Notes under the pieces: generated by a model
Database searches by the model: none
The model's input: the letters and a program-made list of their open reading frames with translations, nothing else
Told to the model about the DNA's origin: nothing
In this document: one piece after another, positions 31,660 through 40,223 of the stretch
Layout: each line of letters begins with the position of its first letter
Position numbering within the stretch: position 1 is the first letter of the stretch
Virus record (IMG/VR): IMGVR_UViG_3300048912_000255
Coordinates: 1 to 59,389 of that record
Strand: one strand, 5' to 3'
Length of the DNA: 59,389 nt
DNA from: a virus
Translations under genes and position numbers: made by a program

Positions 31660-32367
31660 TCAGAGGTCGTCGAGCTCGAGCTCCTCGAGCTCGTCGTCGG
31701 TCACCTCGGGCCGAGAGGAGGACTTGCGCTGGGCCGGCACCGCCTTCTTGGCGACCGCGCGCTTCTTGGGCGCCAGCTCGGGCTCCTCGTCCTCCTCGTC
31801 CTCCTCCTCGGCCGAGTCCGCCTCGTCGGTGGTGTCGTCCTCGTCGTCCTCGTCCTCACCGTCCTCGGCGTCGTACTCCTCGTCGGTGTCCTCGTCCTCG
31901 GTGTCGACCAGCTCGCTCGCCGGGAAGACCGCGCCGATGTTGGACTGGGCCTTGCCGTCGTACTCGTCGTCCTCGAGCGTGATGCCGACCAGCTTGCCGA
32001 TGATGCGGGTCGGGTCGACCTTCATCTTCTTCTTGGGGACCGGGATGCCAGCGGCGATGAACAGGTTCCGCAGCTTCCAGAGCTGGTTCTCCTGCAGCTT
32101 GCAGTAGTACGGGAACTTCCGGTCGGTGTACTTCTCGGTGAGCTCGAGCGTGAAGAGCCACTGGAACTCGCGGGTCTCCTTGGTCGGCGCGTCCTTGACC
32201 GCGGTCACCTTCGCGAGGTAGTCGCCGGCAGGCACCCGCTTCTTGTTGAACGTTGCCTTCTTGTCCTCGACTCCAGAGAAGTCGATGACCTTCGTCGTGA
32301 TGGTGTCCTTGGTAGCAGTCGCCACTTGGGTAATACCTTCCTCGGTCAGCCCTGTTCTAGGGGGCAT
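31660..32367 (-). CDS. Putative ssDNA-binding protein with a long acidic C-terminal tail
   Basis: Sits next to the Sak4-like ATPase; C-terminus ...DDELEELELDDL. Start uncertain: ATG 32367 lies 9 nt after a TAGCAT box, and GTG 32325 lies 10 nt after GAGGAAGG. Confidence 0.5.
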   Translation of the reverse strand: MPPRTGLTEEGITQVATATKDTITTKVIDFSGVEDKKATFNKKRVPAGDYLAKVTAVKDAPTKETREFQWLFTLELTEKYTDRKFPYYCKLQENQLWKLRNLFIAAGIPVPKKKMKVDPTRIIGKLVGITLEDDEYDGKAQSNIGAVFPASELVDTEDEDTDEEYDAEDGEDEDDEDDTTDEADSAEEEDEEDEEPELAPKKRAVAKKAVPAQRKSSSRPEVTDDELEELELDDL

Positions 32368-32428
32368 GTGCCAATCATGCTATCGGCGGTGGTGTGGGGC
32401 GGGCAACTTGCCGTGGCAAGCGCCGTTC

Positions 32429-33247
32429 TCAGCGAGCGGCAGCGGCCTTCTTGGCGGGAGCGCGGCGGGCGACCTGACCCTCGACCATGAGCTGCACCAG
32501 CTTGGGGATGGTGGGCATCTTGATCATGTCGGGCAGGGTGTAGTCCGAGCGGTAGCCGGTGTCGTACTTGACCGTCTCGCCCACCCAGAGCCGGCGCTGA
32601 GCGATCGTCTTGCCCTCGTTCTTGGGGTCGTCGACCTTGACGACGTAGAGTCGACCGATGACGTCGACGATGGAGTTCACGTAGCCTCGGACACCCTTGG
32701 GCAGGTCGGGCACGTATTCCATGTCGACACCCTCGACCTCCTCGTCCTCCTCCGAGTCGGCGGCCTCATTGGCCCGCTCCTGAGAGGTGAAGATCACCCC
32801 GTAGGGGAGGTTCTGGAACTCGGTGAGCATGGTCTTCATCAGCTCACCCGCCTTGCCGTAGTCGCGCTGCTGCACCTGACCCGGGATGCGGTCGAGGGAG
32901 CGCTCCTCCTGCAGCTTCATGGTGTACTTCAGCGCCATCTGGGAGAGGCGGGTGAGGCCGTCGACCAGGATCCACTCGTAGTCGTGGTCGCCCGATCGGA
33001 TGAAGTTGTAGGCCTCGTCGTAGTCTTCCCACCGCTCGATGTGCCAGACGTGGGGGTCGGCCCGCTTCATCATGTCCGTGCCGTGCTCGGGGTCGAGAAC
33101 CAGGGTCTTCTCGATGCCGGCGGTCAGGCCGAAGGTGGTCTTACCCTTCTTGTTCCGGGCGTAGATGTGGAACTTGGGCAGGCGCTTGACCTGCGACGGT
33201 CGCTTGATCCGCTGTGCCGCGATGGCGGCATAGTCCTTGACGGGCAC
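32429..33247 (-). CDS. Sak4-like RecA-fold ATPase (AAA_24-type)
   Basis: P-loop YARNKKGKTT and Walker B-like WILVDGLT; neighbours the exonuclease and the SSB-like gene. Confidence 0.65.
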   Translation of the reverse strand: MPVKDYAAIAAQRIKRPSQVKRLPKFHIYARNKKGKTTFGLTAGIEKTLVLDPEHGTDMMKRADPHVWHIERWEDYDEAYNFIRSGDHDYEWILVDGLTRLSQMALKYTMKLQEERSLDRIPGQVQQRDYGKAGELMKTMLTEFQNLPYGVIFTSQERANEAADSEEDEEVEGVDMEYVPDLPKGVRGYVNSIVDVIGRLYVVKVDDPKNEGKTIAQRRLWVGETVKYDTGYRSDYTLPDMIKMPTIPKLVQLMVEGQVARRAPAKKAAAAR

Positions 33248-33415
33248 TTAGTTCTCTTCCTCTTCGGTGTGGGTGCAAGCCGAATGCTCCCAATCCCCAC
33301 ACTTGACGCAGTTCAGCTGGTGGTCGCGGTGCTCGGCCTTGTCGGCAGCCAGGTCAACCCTCTCCCCACACCGAGGGCAGGGGTAGTAGCCGATCAGCCC
33401 GGGGCGCTTACTCAT
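33248..33415 (-). CDS. Small zinc-ribbon protein (55 aa)
   Basis: Own translation MSKRPGLIGYYPCPRCGERVDLAADKAEHRDHQLNCVKCGDWEHSACTHTEEEEN; ATGA overlap with the upstream stop. Confidence 0.4.
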   Translation of the reverse strand: MSKRPGLIGYYPCPRCGERVDLAADKAEHRDHQLNCVKCGDWEHSACTHTEEEEN

Positions 33416-34473
33416 TCGGTGTCGCCCCGCTGTTCGCCGGCACGGTCCTGGTAGTAGTCGAGGGCATCGCCGACCTTGTAGTTAGTCCGGAGCAGCGGAA
33501 CCAGGTTGCCTCCGGTCAGTTCCGCAGTGCAGAGGTCGCGGTAGCTGCACATCCGCTCGCACTTGAATAGCTGGACGTTGCGCTCGATCGCGTCCTTGTT
33601 CTCCCACGGATATTCGTTCATCCGCTTGGAAGTGTGGTAGGCCGCAGTCGCCACTCGGCGCAGCATGGCCGTGTCCTTCTCGAGGATGCTCCTCTGGAAG
33701 AAGGGGGAGAGCTGGGGCTCACCCGGGCGGTATCGCTGCTGCTTGAGTCGATCGGCAAACTGGACGTCGGCGCCCGTGATGCGGTAGCCTCGCTCGGCCT
33801 TGAGCCGCTTGATCTCGTCGGTGAACGTCAGCCAGTCGGTGTCGCCCAGCTTCTTGCTGAGTCGGCTGCCGTCCTTGAGGAGGTAGGGCTTGGCCGGGGG
33901 CTTCGTGCGAAGGTAGTTCCACATGAACCCCTGCACGGGCAGTTTGTTCTTCAGCGCGGCCCAGAGGTAAAGGGCCGACTGGGCGTCGAGCAGGCGATAC
34001 GTCAGACCGGGGAGGTTGCCGTGCGTCTTGTGATCGACCAACCACAAACCATGTTGGTTCTCGATCAGGGCATCGACCTTACCGCGGTAGAGCGTGCCAT
34101 CGGGGAACTCGGCCTCGACGGTGAACTCAGTCTCCAGCACCTTCCAAGGGTCATCCTTGTAGTGCCAGATGTAGCTCTTCATGAGGGAGAGGCACTCTGT
34201 CGGCAGGTCGCCGTAGAAGTCCTTCTCCTCGTCGAAGAGCTCGTTGTACTTCGCGGTGAGACTCCGGTGCATGGCTTCCCAGTCACGCCCGGCGTGGTGC
34301 TCCTCGAGCAAGTAGTGCATCCAGGTGCCTCGCCTCAGCGGCTTGGACAACCGCTTCGGCTTGAGCCTGTCAGCGTACTTGAACCCCGCTTGCCTCGGGC
34401 ACTCCCTCATGGACTTGATCATGGAGTGCGTGGTGATGTACTTACCCACACTCTCATCGTAATACAACCCCAT
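33412..34473 (-). CDS. Cas4/RecB-family PD-(D/E)XK exonuclease
   Basis: GKVDALIE...LWLVDHKT, DAQSALY, N-terminal Cys plus C-terminal CERMCSYRDLC. Start taken at MGLYYDE. Confidence 0.8.
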   Translation of the reverse strand: MGLYYDESVGKYITTHSMIKSMRECPRQAGFKYADRLKPKRLSKPLRRGTWMHYLLEEHHAGRDWEAMHRSLTAKYNELFDEEKDFYGDLPTECLSLMKSYIWHYKDDPWKVLETEFTVEAEFPDGTLYRGKVDALIENQHGLWLVDHKTHGNLPGLTYRLLDAQSALYLWAALKNKLPVQGFMWNYLRTKPPAKPYLLKDGSRLSKKLGDTDWLTFTDEIKRLKAERGYRITGADVQFADRLKQQRYRPGEPQLSPFFQRSILEKDTAMLRRVATAAYHTSKRMNEYPWENKDAIERNVQLFKCERMCSYRDLCTAELTGGNLVPLLRTNYKVGDALDYYQDRAGEQRGDTE

Positions 34474-34538
34474 GGGCAGTTCCTCTCGGTCATCATCAGT
34501 GCTTCGATGATATCGGCCGAGAGATTGCCAGAGCAACT

Positions 34539-34820
34539 CTACGCGGAATGCGCCATCTCATTATGGCGCAGGGCCTGAGATGTGTGGTGCCAGAAAGGAC
34601 AGAACTCGCATTTGTAGCTACGCTTGAGGTCAGTTTCCTGACGACGGATGTTTCTCAGGATGTCATTCAGGGCAAGGTCGGCCTGGATACGGTCGATGAA
34701 GTTGTACTTGCCCGTTCGGGCGCACTTCGCCGGCATACGCTTAACGTGGCCGTCGACAATGCGAAGCCGGGTACGAGCAGATCGGTGTGGCTTGGACATG
34801 GTTCCTCCTCTCATGCCCAA
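34539..34820 (-). CDS. Hypothetical basic protein (93 aa)
   Basis: ORF track. Confidence 0.45.
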   Translation of the reverse strand: MGMRGGTMSKPHRSARTRLRIVDGHVKRMPAKCARTGKYNFIDRIQADLALNDILRNIRRQETDLKRSYKCEFCPFWHHTSQALRHNEMAHSA

Positions 34821-34848
34821 TCATACCAATACCCGTACCCGGCGTCAA

Positions 34849-37410
34849 TCATACGGAGAGATCTTCGTATGTGGGGTGATTCACTTCAAGCCAGCTGAGA
34901 AGTGCGTCCCGATCGTAGATGATCTCGGGCTGATCGACTTCGTGGGCATCGCCCCAGTACTGCCCAATCTTGAGGTCGGCCACGATCGGGATGTCGAGTA
35001 CCGTACCGAACTTCTTGCGAAGCGGGTTCGGGTCCTCCATGGTGTCCTTGATGATAGGCAGCGCGCGGTGGAGGTGGTCGTTACGGACTTCGAAGTTGAT
35101 GGCGTCGTGGACAAGGCCCAGGCAGTTCGCCTGGATATCCAGTTCGCGGAACTTCTCGTTGATCAGGCACATGGAGAGCAGGGCCATGTCGGAGGCGAAG
35201 CCCTGCACCGGCGAGTTGATCGCCTGCCTCTCTGCTTCGGCCTGGACCCCCTTCTCGGGCGAGTAGATGTCGGGCAGGTGGCGCACTCGCCCGAGGGGTG
35301 ACTGCACTCGCCCATGGTTGCGCACGAGACGTCGCTGACGCTGGTGCCAGGGCTCGAGATCCGGGAAGAGGTCGAAGTAGGCCTTCCGGTAACCCTGGGC
35401 TTCGATCTCGGTGAAGGTCGAGCCGTAGTTGTTAAACGCGGTCTCGATGAACTTGCGCCAGCCCATGCCGTAGAGGAAACCGAAGTTGACCGGCTTGCCG
35501 ACCTTCTTGCGGATCTCCTTGGTGATCTGATTCGCCGGCAGACCCGTGACCGCCATCGCGGTGGTCAGGTGGATGTCCGCGCCCTCCTGGTAAAGCTGAA
35601 TCATGTGGCGCTCGCGGGCGATGAACGCGGCGATCCTCAGCTCGATCTGGGAGTAGTCGGCCTCGACGAAGGTCCAACCAGGTGGTGCACCGAACATGCC
35701 CCTGATGAGGGAGTCACGAGGCACCTGCTGGAGGTTCACCCCGCGCAGGTCGGTGCGTCCCGAGACCTTCTCGGCATCGGCCTTGCCCGAGCTAAGTCGC
35801 CCGGTCACGGTACCGGCCAGCTTGAAGGTGGTGTGGATGCGGTGGTTCTCATCGTACATCTTCTCGTAGGCATTGAAGAACGACGAGAGATTTTTCTGCC
35901 ACCCCACACGGGCGAGCATCAGGTCGATAGCCGGGTGGTGATGGTCCTGCTGGAGGTGAAGGAGGACATCCTCGGCCATGCTCGGGTCACCTGGCGAGCC
36001 GTCGTCCTTCTCCTTGCCTCGTGCCAGCACGGGCAGCTCGAGCCACTCGAAGAGGAACCACTTGGCGAAGAGACTCGCGTTGTAGTTGATCTCGAGGGGC
36101 TTGTTCGTCTTGTGGTGACGGGGCCAGTCCTCGGAGTCGGGGTCGGGGAGGAACTCGCTGAGTTGATCCTCGATCTCCTTGAGCTTGGCCTCGGCGATCG
36201 GCTTGCGTTCCTGCAAGCGGTTCACATCGAGCCAGATGCCCCGTCGTTCGATGTGAACGAGTTCACGGCTTGCCGGCATCAAGAGCTTGGTAAGAATCCG
36301 GGCGAGACGAGGCTGCTCCCTGAGCTCGGCCTTCATCTGATCGCCGATCTGGTATGTACGGTAGGTGTCCTCGAAGTTATACTTGAGAACCTCTTCCAGG
36401 GGGTCGTTGAGCAGGTTCTTGGTGTCGATACCCCAGGGCGCTACCCCCAGCCGAGCCATGGCGTTGGGCTTGAGGGCCTTTGCCACGTTCTCATTGAGGA
36501 GGTGCTGGGCCAGCATGGTGTCGAACGTCTGGAACATGTCCACACCGAAGTGGGTCATCCACCGAGAGTCGAACTTGCCGTTCTGAGCCTCCTGCTTGGG
36601 GATGGCTTCCAGCACATCCTTGAGGTACAGCAGCACCGACTTCCACTTCCGCTGCCAGGGCGACTCGGGGTGGTACAGGCCGATGGCGAAGCCCCAGAGC
36701 TTCTTCTTGCCATTGATCTCGGCGATGCAGGTGCCGGCGAGCGAGATGACCTTGGCTCGAGGGTCGAATTCCCCAAGCGGATTGATCGTGGTCTCGATGT
36801 CGAAGCTGATGTACTGAGTCATGCTCAGCAACTTCTTCAGCTTCTTGAGCCCGGCCATGTCCTCAGGCACGAGGTACTTGGGCAGCCGATCATCCGAAGT
36901 GCGGCCCATGAAGTCGTTGGCGAAGAGGCGCACATCGGCGAGAAAGCCCGGGCGCTGGCCTGGGTTGCGCGAGACGGCGTGAGGGGAGACGGTGGGAATC
37001 ACCTTGTAGGCGCCCTTGTCGATCACCCGCCCGCGATACTTCGTGATACCCGAGTGGCCCGTGGAGGCAAGCAGCCCCTCATTACCGAGTGCCAGGATGT
37101 GACTCGGCTTCACGACGGCGATCTCTCGATCGAGGTGCTGCCGGCAGGCCTTGACGTCGGAGTTACTGGCGTTGGCCTCGAAGTTGCGGCACTTCAGCGC
37201 CGAGGTGTAGTAGACCTTCTTCGGGTCGAGCCCGACGTCGGTCAAGTACTCCTCGAGCTGGTTCTGGTACTTGGTCGAATTCGGCATCTTGCCGATGACC
37301 ATGATGTCGGCATTGCCCGGGCCGGAGCCCATCTCGCAGACATCTTCGGCACCCTTGTACAACTTGCACGAGGTGCAGTCACGGTCAGGGAGAAGGTTCG
37401 GTCCAGGCAT
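34849..37410 (-). CDS. polA: Family A DNA polymerase with 3'-5' exonuclease and an N-terminal family-4 UDG-like domain
   Basis: Exo I FDIETT. Pol motifs DYSQIELRIAAF, RKKVGKPVNFGFLYG, LVHDAINFE. N-terminal CTSCKLY...VIGKMPN...ALKCR...ACRQHL...SPHAVSRNPG. Confidence 0.92.
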   Translation of the reverse strand: MPGPNLLPDRDCTSCKLYKGAEDVCEMGSGPGNADIMVIGKMPNSTKYQNQLEEYLTDVGLDPKKVYYTSALKCRNFEANASNSDVKACRQHLDREIAVVKPSHILALGNEGLLASTGHSGITKYRGRVIDKGAYKVIPTVSPHAVSRNPGQRPGFLADVRLFANDFMGRTSDDRLPKYLVPEDMAGLKKLKKLLSMTQYISFDIETTINPLGEFDPRAKVISLAGTCIAEINGKKKLWGFAIGLYHPESPWQRKWKSVLLYLKDVLEAIPKQEAQNGKFDSRWMTHFGVDMFQTFDTMLAQHLLNENVAKALKPNAMARLGVAPWGIDTKNLLNDPLEEVLKYNFEDTYRTYQIGDQMKAELREQPRLARILTKLLMPASRELVHIERRGIWLDVNRLQERKPIAEAKLKEIEDQLSEFLPDPDSEDWPRHHKTNKPLEINYNASLFAKWFLFEWLELPVLARGKEKDDGSPGDPSMAEDVLLHLQQDHHHPAIDLMLARVGWQKNLSSFFNAYEKMYDENHRIHTTFKLAGTVTGRLSSGKADAEKVSGRTDLRGVNLQQVPRDSLIRGMFGAPPGWTFVEADYSQIELRIAAFIARERHMIQLYQEGADIHLTTAMAVTGLPANQITKEIRKKVGKPVNFGFLYGMGWRKFIETAFNNYGSTFTEIEAQGYRKAYFDLFPDLEPWHQRQRRLVRNHGRVQSPLGRVRHLPDIYSPEKGVQAEAERQAINSPVQGFASDMALLSMCLINEKFRELDIQANCLGLVHDAINFEVRNDHLHRALPIIKDTMEDPNPLRKKFGTVLDIPIVADLKIGQYWGDAHEVDQPEIIYDRDALLSWLEVNHPTYEDLSV

Positions 37411-37609
37411 CCGTCACCTCCTCGGGGAGCTTGTCGAGCCGAGGCTTGGCCCAGGCGAGGATCAGCAACTCGATGGTGTTGAGCGCGTTCTCGACGGCCT
37501 TGGGAGAACCCTTACGGTCGTTGCGGAGGTTCCGGGTGTAAACGAAAAGGGGTCGCCTCAGTAGCTCGATGAGCTGCCGAAGTCCCTGGTGACGATCAAC
37601 CATAGACAT
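37385..37609 (-). CDS. Hypothetical protein (74 aa)
   Basis: ORF track; overlaps both neighbours. Confidence 0.4.
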   Translation of the reverse strand: MSMVDRHQGLRQLIELLRRPLFVYTRNLRNDRKGSPKAVENALNTIELLILAWAKPRLDKLPEEVTDAWTEPSP

Positions 37610-38087
37610 ATTTTACCACCTCCAGACCAGCCTGCTGAAGGAGGCGGAGCCCGCTCTCTTCTCGGTGATCCTCGTAGTAAACCACCCGCTTGATGCCCGC
37701 GTTGAGGATCATACCGGCGCAGTTGAGGCAGGGCATCCTCGTGGTGTGGAGCTCCGCCCCGTCGACTCCCACACCATACTTGGCTGCGTGAATGATGGCG
37801 TTGGCCTCGGCGTGAATGGCTCGGGTGCAGGGGAGGGGAAAGGGGCAACCATTGATGTGCCTGAGCCCCTGCATACGGTCTTGTCGAGGCCAACCCTTCG
37901 GGCAGATACAGCCATGGTCGCAATGAGGCATGCCGGCTGGGGCTCCGTTGTATCCGCTCGACAGTATCCTCCCCTCTCGGCTGATCACGGCGCCGACCTG
38001 GGCCCGGCTGCACGTAGACCGTGCACGCCAGTTGTCGGCACTCTGCATGAGGACCCAGTCACGGGGCGGCCTTTTGAGCTCGTTCAC
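37596..38087 (-). CDS. dCMP deaminase
   Basis: Zinc motifs HAEANAI and PCLNCAGMI; GTG start. Confidence 0.85.
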   Translation of the reverse strand: MNELKRPPRDWVLMQSADNWRARSTCSRAQVGAVISREGRILSSGYNGAPAGMPHCDHGCICPKGWPRQDRMQGLRHINGCPFPLPCTRAIHAEANAIIHAAKYGVGVDGAELHTTRMPCLNCAGMILNAGIKRVVYYEDHREESGLRLLQQAGLEVVKYVYG

Positions 38088-38233
38088 GTCAGTTCCTCCT
38101 CGAGAAGCTCGATGGCCTTCTGCATGCCATCATGGGTCTGGTAGCTGTCGTCGTTCGCTTGGAGCTTAGCGATGAGCTTCTTGATCAGCTCGTTGTTGCG
38201 TTCGTTGGCCTCTTCGAGGTCAAGCTTGTTCAT
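38084..38233 (-). CDS. Small coiled-coil protein (49 aa)
   Basis: Own translation MNKLDLEEANERNNELIKKLIAKLQANDDSYQTHDGMQKAIELLEEELT; ATGA and GTGA overlaps with the neighbouring genes. Confidence 0.35.
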   Translation of the reverse strand: MNKLDLEEANERNNELIKKLIAKLQANDDSYQTHDGMQKAIELLEEELT

Positions 38234-39123
38234 CCCAGTGCCTCACGGAGTCGTACGGACCGCTGAACGTGGTCCTGTCGGCGAAGGTGCTCGACCATGG
38301 CTCGGTCGCCCTCGAAAATGTGGAAGGAGGAGATGTGCATGGTCAGCTCCCCCATCTCGACGGCGATCGGCAGCTCGTCCCGAACCCACTGCCCGAGTCG
38401 GATGGCCATGTAAACATCGTCCCGGAAATGCCGCATGAAGTCGCAGGCTCGGATGTTGTATGTGACGTGGAGCTTACCGTCGCGCACCATGAATAGGTAC
38501 CCCAGCGTACAGGGTACTCGCTCGCCATCGGGTGCCCCGGTATCCTCGGGGAACCAGATCGGCAGGTAAGCCTGCCTGGTCATGGGGTTCTTGGTGAGCC
38601 GGTTGATCACGTCGTCGAGGTCGCCGTATTCGAACCGAATGCCCTGTCGACCCGAGCAGACCTGACGGTAGCCATCATGGCCGTGTCGATCTACTGCCGT
38701 CGGTTGACCCATCTCGTCGAGCATGGTCATGTGGTGGCAGTCGCCGGCATGCTTCGGCCAGAACCGCTCAGGGTAGGTGTGGGAGAACTTCCCGCCCTTG
38801 AGGTGGTCGAGGTGGCCCGCCTGTATGAACGGCCACCACTCGTTGGAAGGCGGCGGGTTGTGAGGCCAACCGCTAACTCGCTCTTGGAAGTGGTCCTCAG
38901 CCCAGGGCAGGTTCGGCGAGATCGTCGATTGCGCCCCTTCAATCGTCTCGGGCATCCCGATGACCAGTGAGCTCTCCCTGAGCTCCCAGGTGACCTTTGA
39001 GCGATCGCCCTTGATGTCGAGGCCCTGCCAGCTGCCGACATCAACGGGCCGGGCGGCCTCTGAGAAGTCCTCGAGAAGCCGCCCGACCATGTCGGCGAAG
39101 GTCATACCTTGATAGACCCTCAC
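38230..39123 (-). CDS. Thymidylate-synthase-fold pyrimidine C5-transferase, closest to the dCMP hydroxymethylase (T4 gp42) pattern
   Basis: TRQAYLPIW, then PCTLGYLFMVRDGKLHVTYNIRACDFMRHFRDD aligns without gaps to the remembered gp42 segment MCTNTVQYLIRDKKINAVVNMRSNDVVFGFRND. Confidence 0.7.
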   Translation of the reverse strand: MRVYQGMTFADMVGRLLEDFSEAARPVDVGSWQGLDIKGDRSKVTWELRESSLVIGMPETIEGAQSTISPNLPWAEDHFQERVSGWPHNPPPSNEWWPFIQAGHLDHLKGGKFSHTYPERFWPKHAGDCHHMTMLDEMGQPTAVDRHGHDGYRQVCSGRQGIRFEYGDLDDVINRLTKNPMTRQAYLPIWFPEDTGAPDGERVPCTLGYLFMVRDGKLHVTYNIRACDFMRHFRDDVYMAIRLGQWVRDELPIAVEMGELTMHISSFHIFEGDRAMVEHLRRQDHVQRSVRLREALG

Positions 39124-39132
39124 GTTGTACTC

Positions 39133-39363
39133 CTACGCGCCGGGGATGCAGAAGATGCAGGTGCAGTCGAGCGGGTGGTACTCGGGATCCGAGGAGTCGT
39201 AGTCGAAGCCCTGCTTGACCTCCTCCTCGGTCAGCGGGCGGCGCTCCTCGCATCGGTGGATGCAGGGCTGGTCGCTACCCGTCGGCCAGGGGGCCGTCGT
39301 TGAGGCATCCGGATCGATTGCCTCCCTGCGCTCCTGGCAGGTGAGCTGCCTCAGCTCAACCAT
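39133..39363 (-). CDS. Hypothetical Cys-containing protein (76 aa)
   Basis: ORF track; ATG at 39363 (GTG at 39369). Confidence 0.4.
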   Translation of the reverse strand: MVELRQLTCQERREAIDPDASTTAPWPTGSDQPCIHRCEERRPLTEEEVKQGFDYDSSDPEYHPLDCTCIFCIPGA

Positions 39364-39493
39364 TTCCACACCCGCAGGGCTCGTCGCCGACCTTGATGCA
39401 GTGGAGCGGGGTGCGGCAGTTCTCGTTGAGCTTGGGCGGCTCGGGGTCGGTGAGCGGGAACTGCTCCACGTAGCCCTCGTTCTCGGGTTCCAT
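39356..39493 (-). CDS. Small hypothetical protein (45 aa from MEPENEGY)
   Basis: TGATG overlap with the upstream stop at 39493. Confidence 0.3.
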   Translation of the reverse strand: MEPENEGYVEQFPLTDPEPPKLNENCRTPLHCIKVGDEPCGCGNG

Positions 39494-39705
39494 CAGACCT
39501 CCTCGTCGGGGCCGTTCACGCAGGCCCTTTGCTTCATGGTAGGACATCCCCCGATGCACTTGCCGTCGGACGAGAAGGGGCAGAATACCCCAGTCTCGTC
39601 GATGGGGTGGTTTCGGCGGTAGGCAGCACGGCGGACCTTGATCTTGGCCCAGACCTTGGCGGCCTCGGCGAGCCGACTCGGGTCGGGCGGGATGTAGTTA
39701 CTCAC
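39493..39705 (-). CDS. Hypothetical Cys-containing protein (70 aa)
   Basis: ORF track. Confidence 0.4.
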   Translation of the reverse strand: MSNYIPPDPSRLAEAAKVWAKIKVRRAAYRRNHPIDETGVFCPFSSDGKCIGGCPTMKQRACVNGPDEEV

Positions 39706-40183
39706 CCTCGACGACCTCGATGCGGAGCTTGACCTTGTCGCCCTCGCCCATCTCCTGGTACATCAGCTCCCACATCTCCTCACGGTCGATGGCGATCATC
39801 TCGTCCACCGTGGGGCTGTCGCCGAAGCCACCCTTCCTGTAGAGCTCGGGCTTCGGCTCGTACTCGTAGGTGGCGACGATGCGGAACTTCAGCGGTCGGT
39901 CGGCGGTCGGCTTCCGCATGTTCTCGATCGGCCCGACCCCATAGAGGCTGGTGAAGGTGTGGGAGTCGAGTCCGGCCCCTCCCGCCCAGTCGTTCTCGGG
40001 GTGACGGTTGTCGCGGACGGAGAACAGGATGTTGGGCGCCACCGCCTCGTCCTCGTTCACCTGGATCTCGTCGATCCTGGCGTAGATGTTGACCTGCTCC
40101 GAGTGTCGGTAGATCTGTCCGACCTTGAGCTGAGCCATGCGGTTGTATCGGCCCATCTCCCGCTTGAACTCATCCTCACCCAT
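39698..40183 (-). CDS. Hypothetical protein (161 aa)
   Basis: ORF track; balanced composition. Confidence 0.55.
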   Translation of the reverse strand: MGEDEFKREMGRYNRMAQLKVGQIYRHSEQVNIYARIDEIQVNEDEAVAPNILFSVRDNRHPENDWAGGAGLDSHTFTSLYGVGPIENMRKPTADRPLKFRIVATYEYEPKPELYRKGGFGDSPTVDEMIAIDREEMWELMYQEMGEGDKVKLRIEVVEGE

Positions 40184-40223
40184 GATTGTCTCCAGTTCTG
40201 TTGGGTGGTTGATCGGGGCCTAC

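Noticed and set aside
31660-31990. GAGGAC/GACGAG-rich nucleotide periodicity here and at 45930-46060, 46440-46535 and 21080-21200 as tandem DNA repeats
   Set aside because: These are codon-level acidic (Asp/Glu) tails of real proteins. The units are irregular and in frame.
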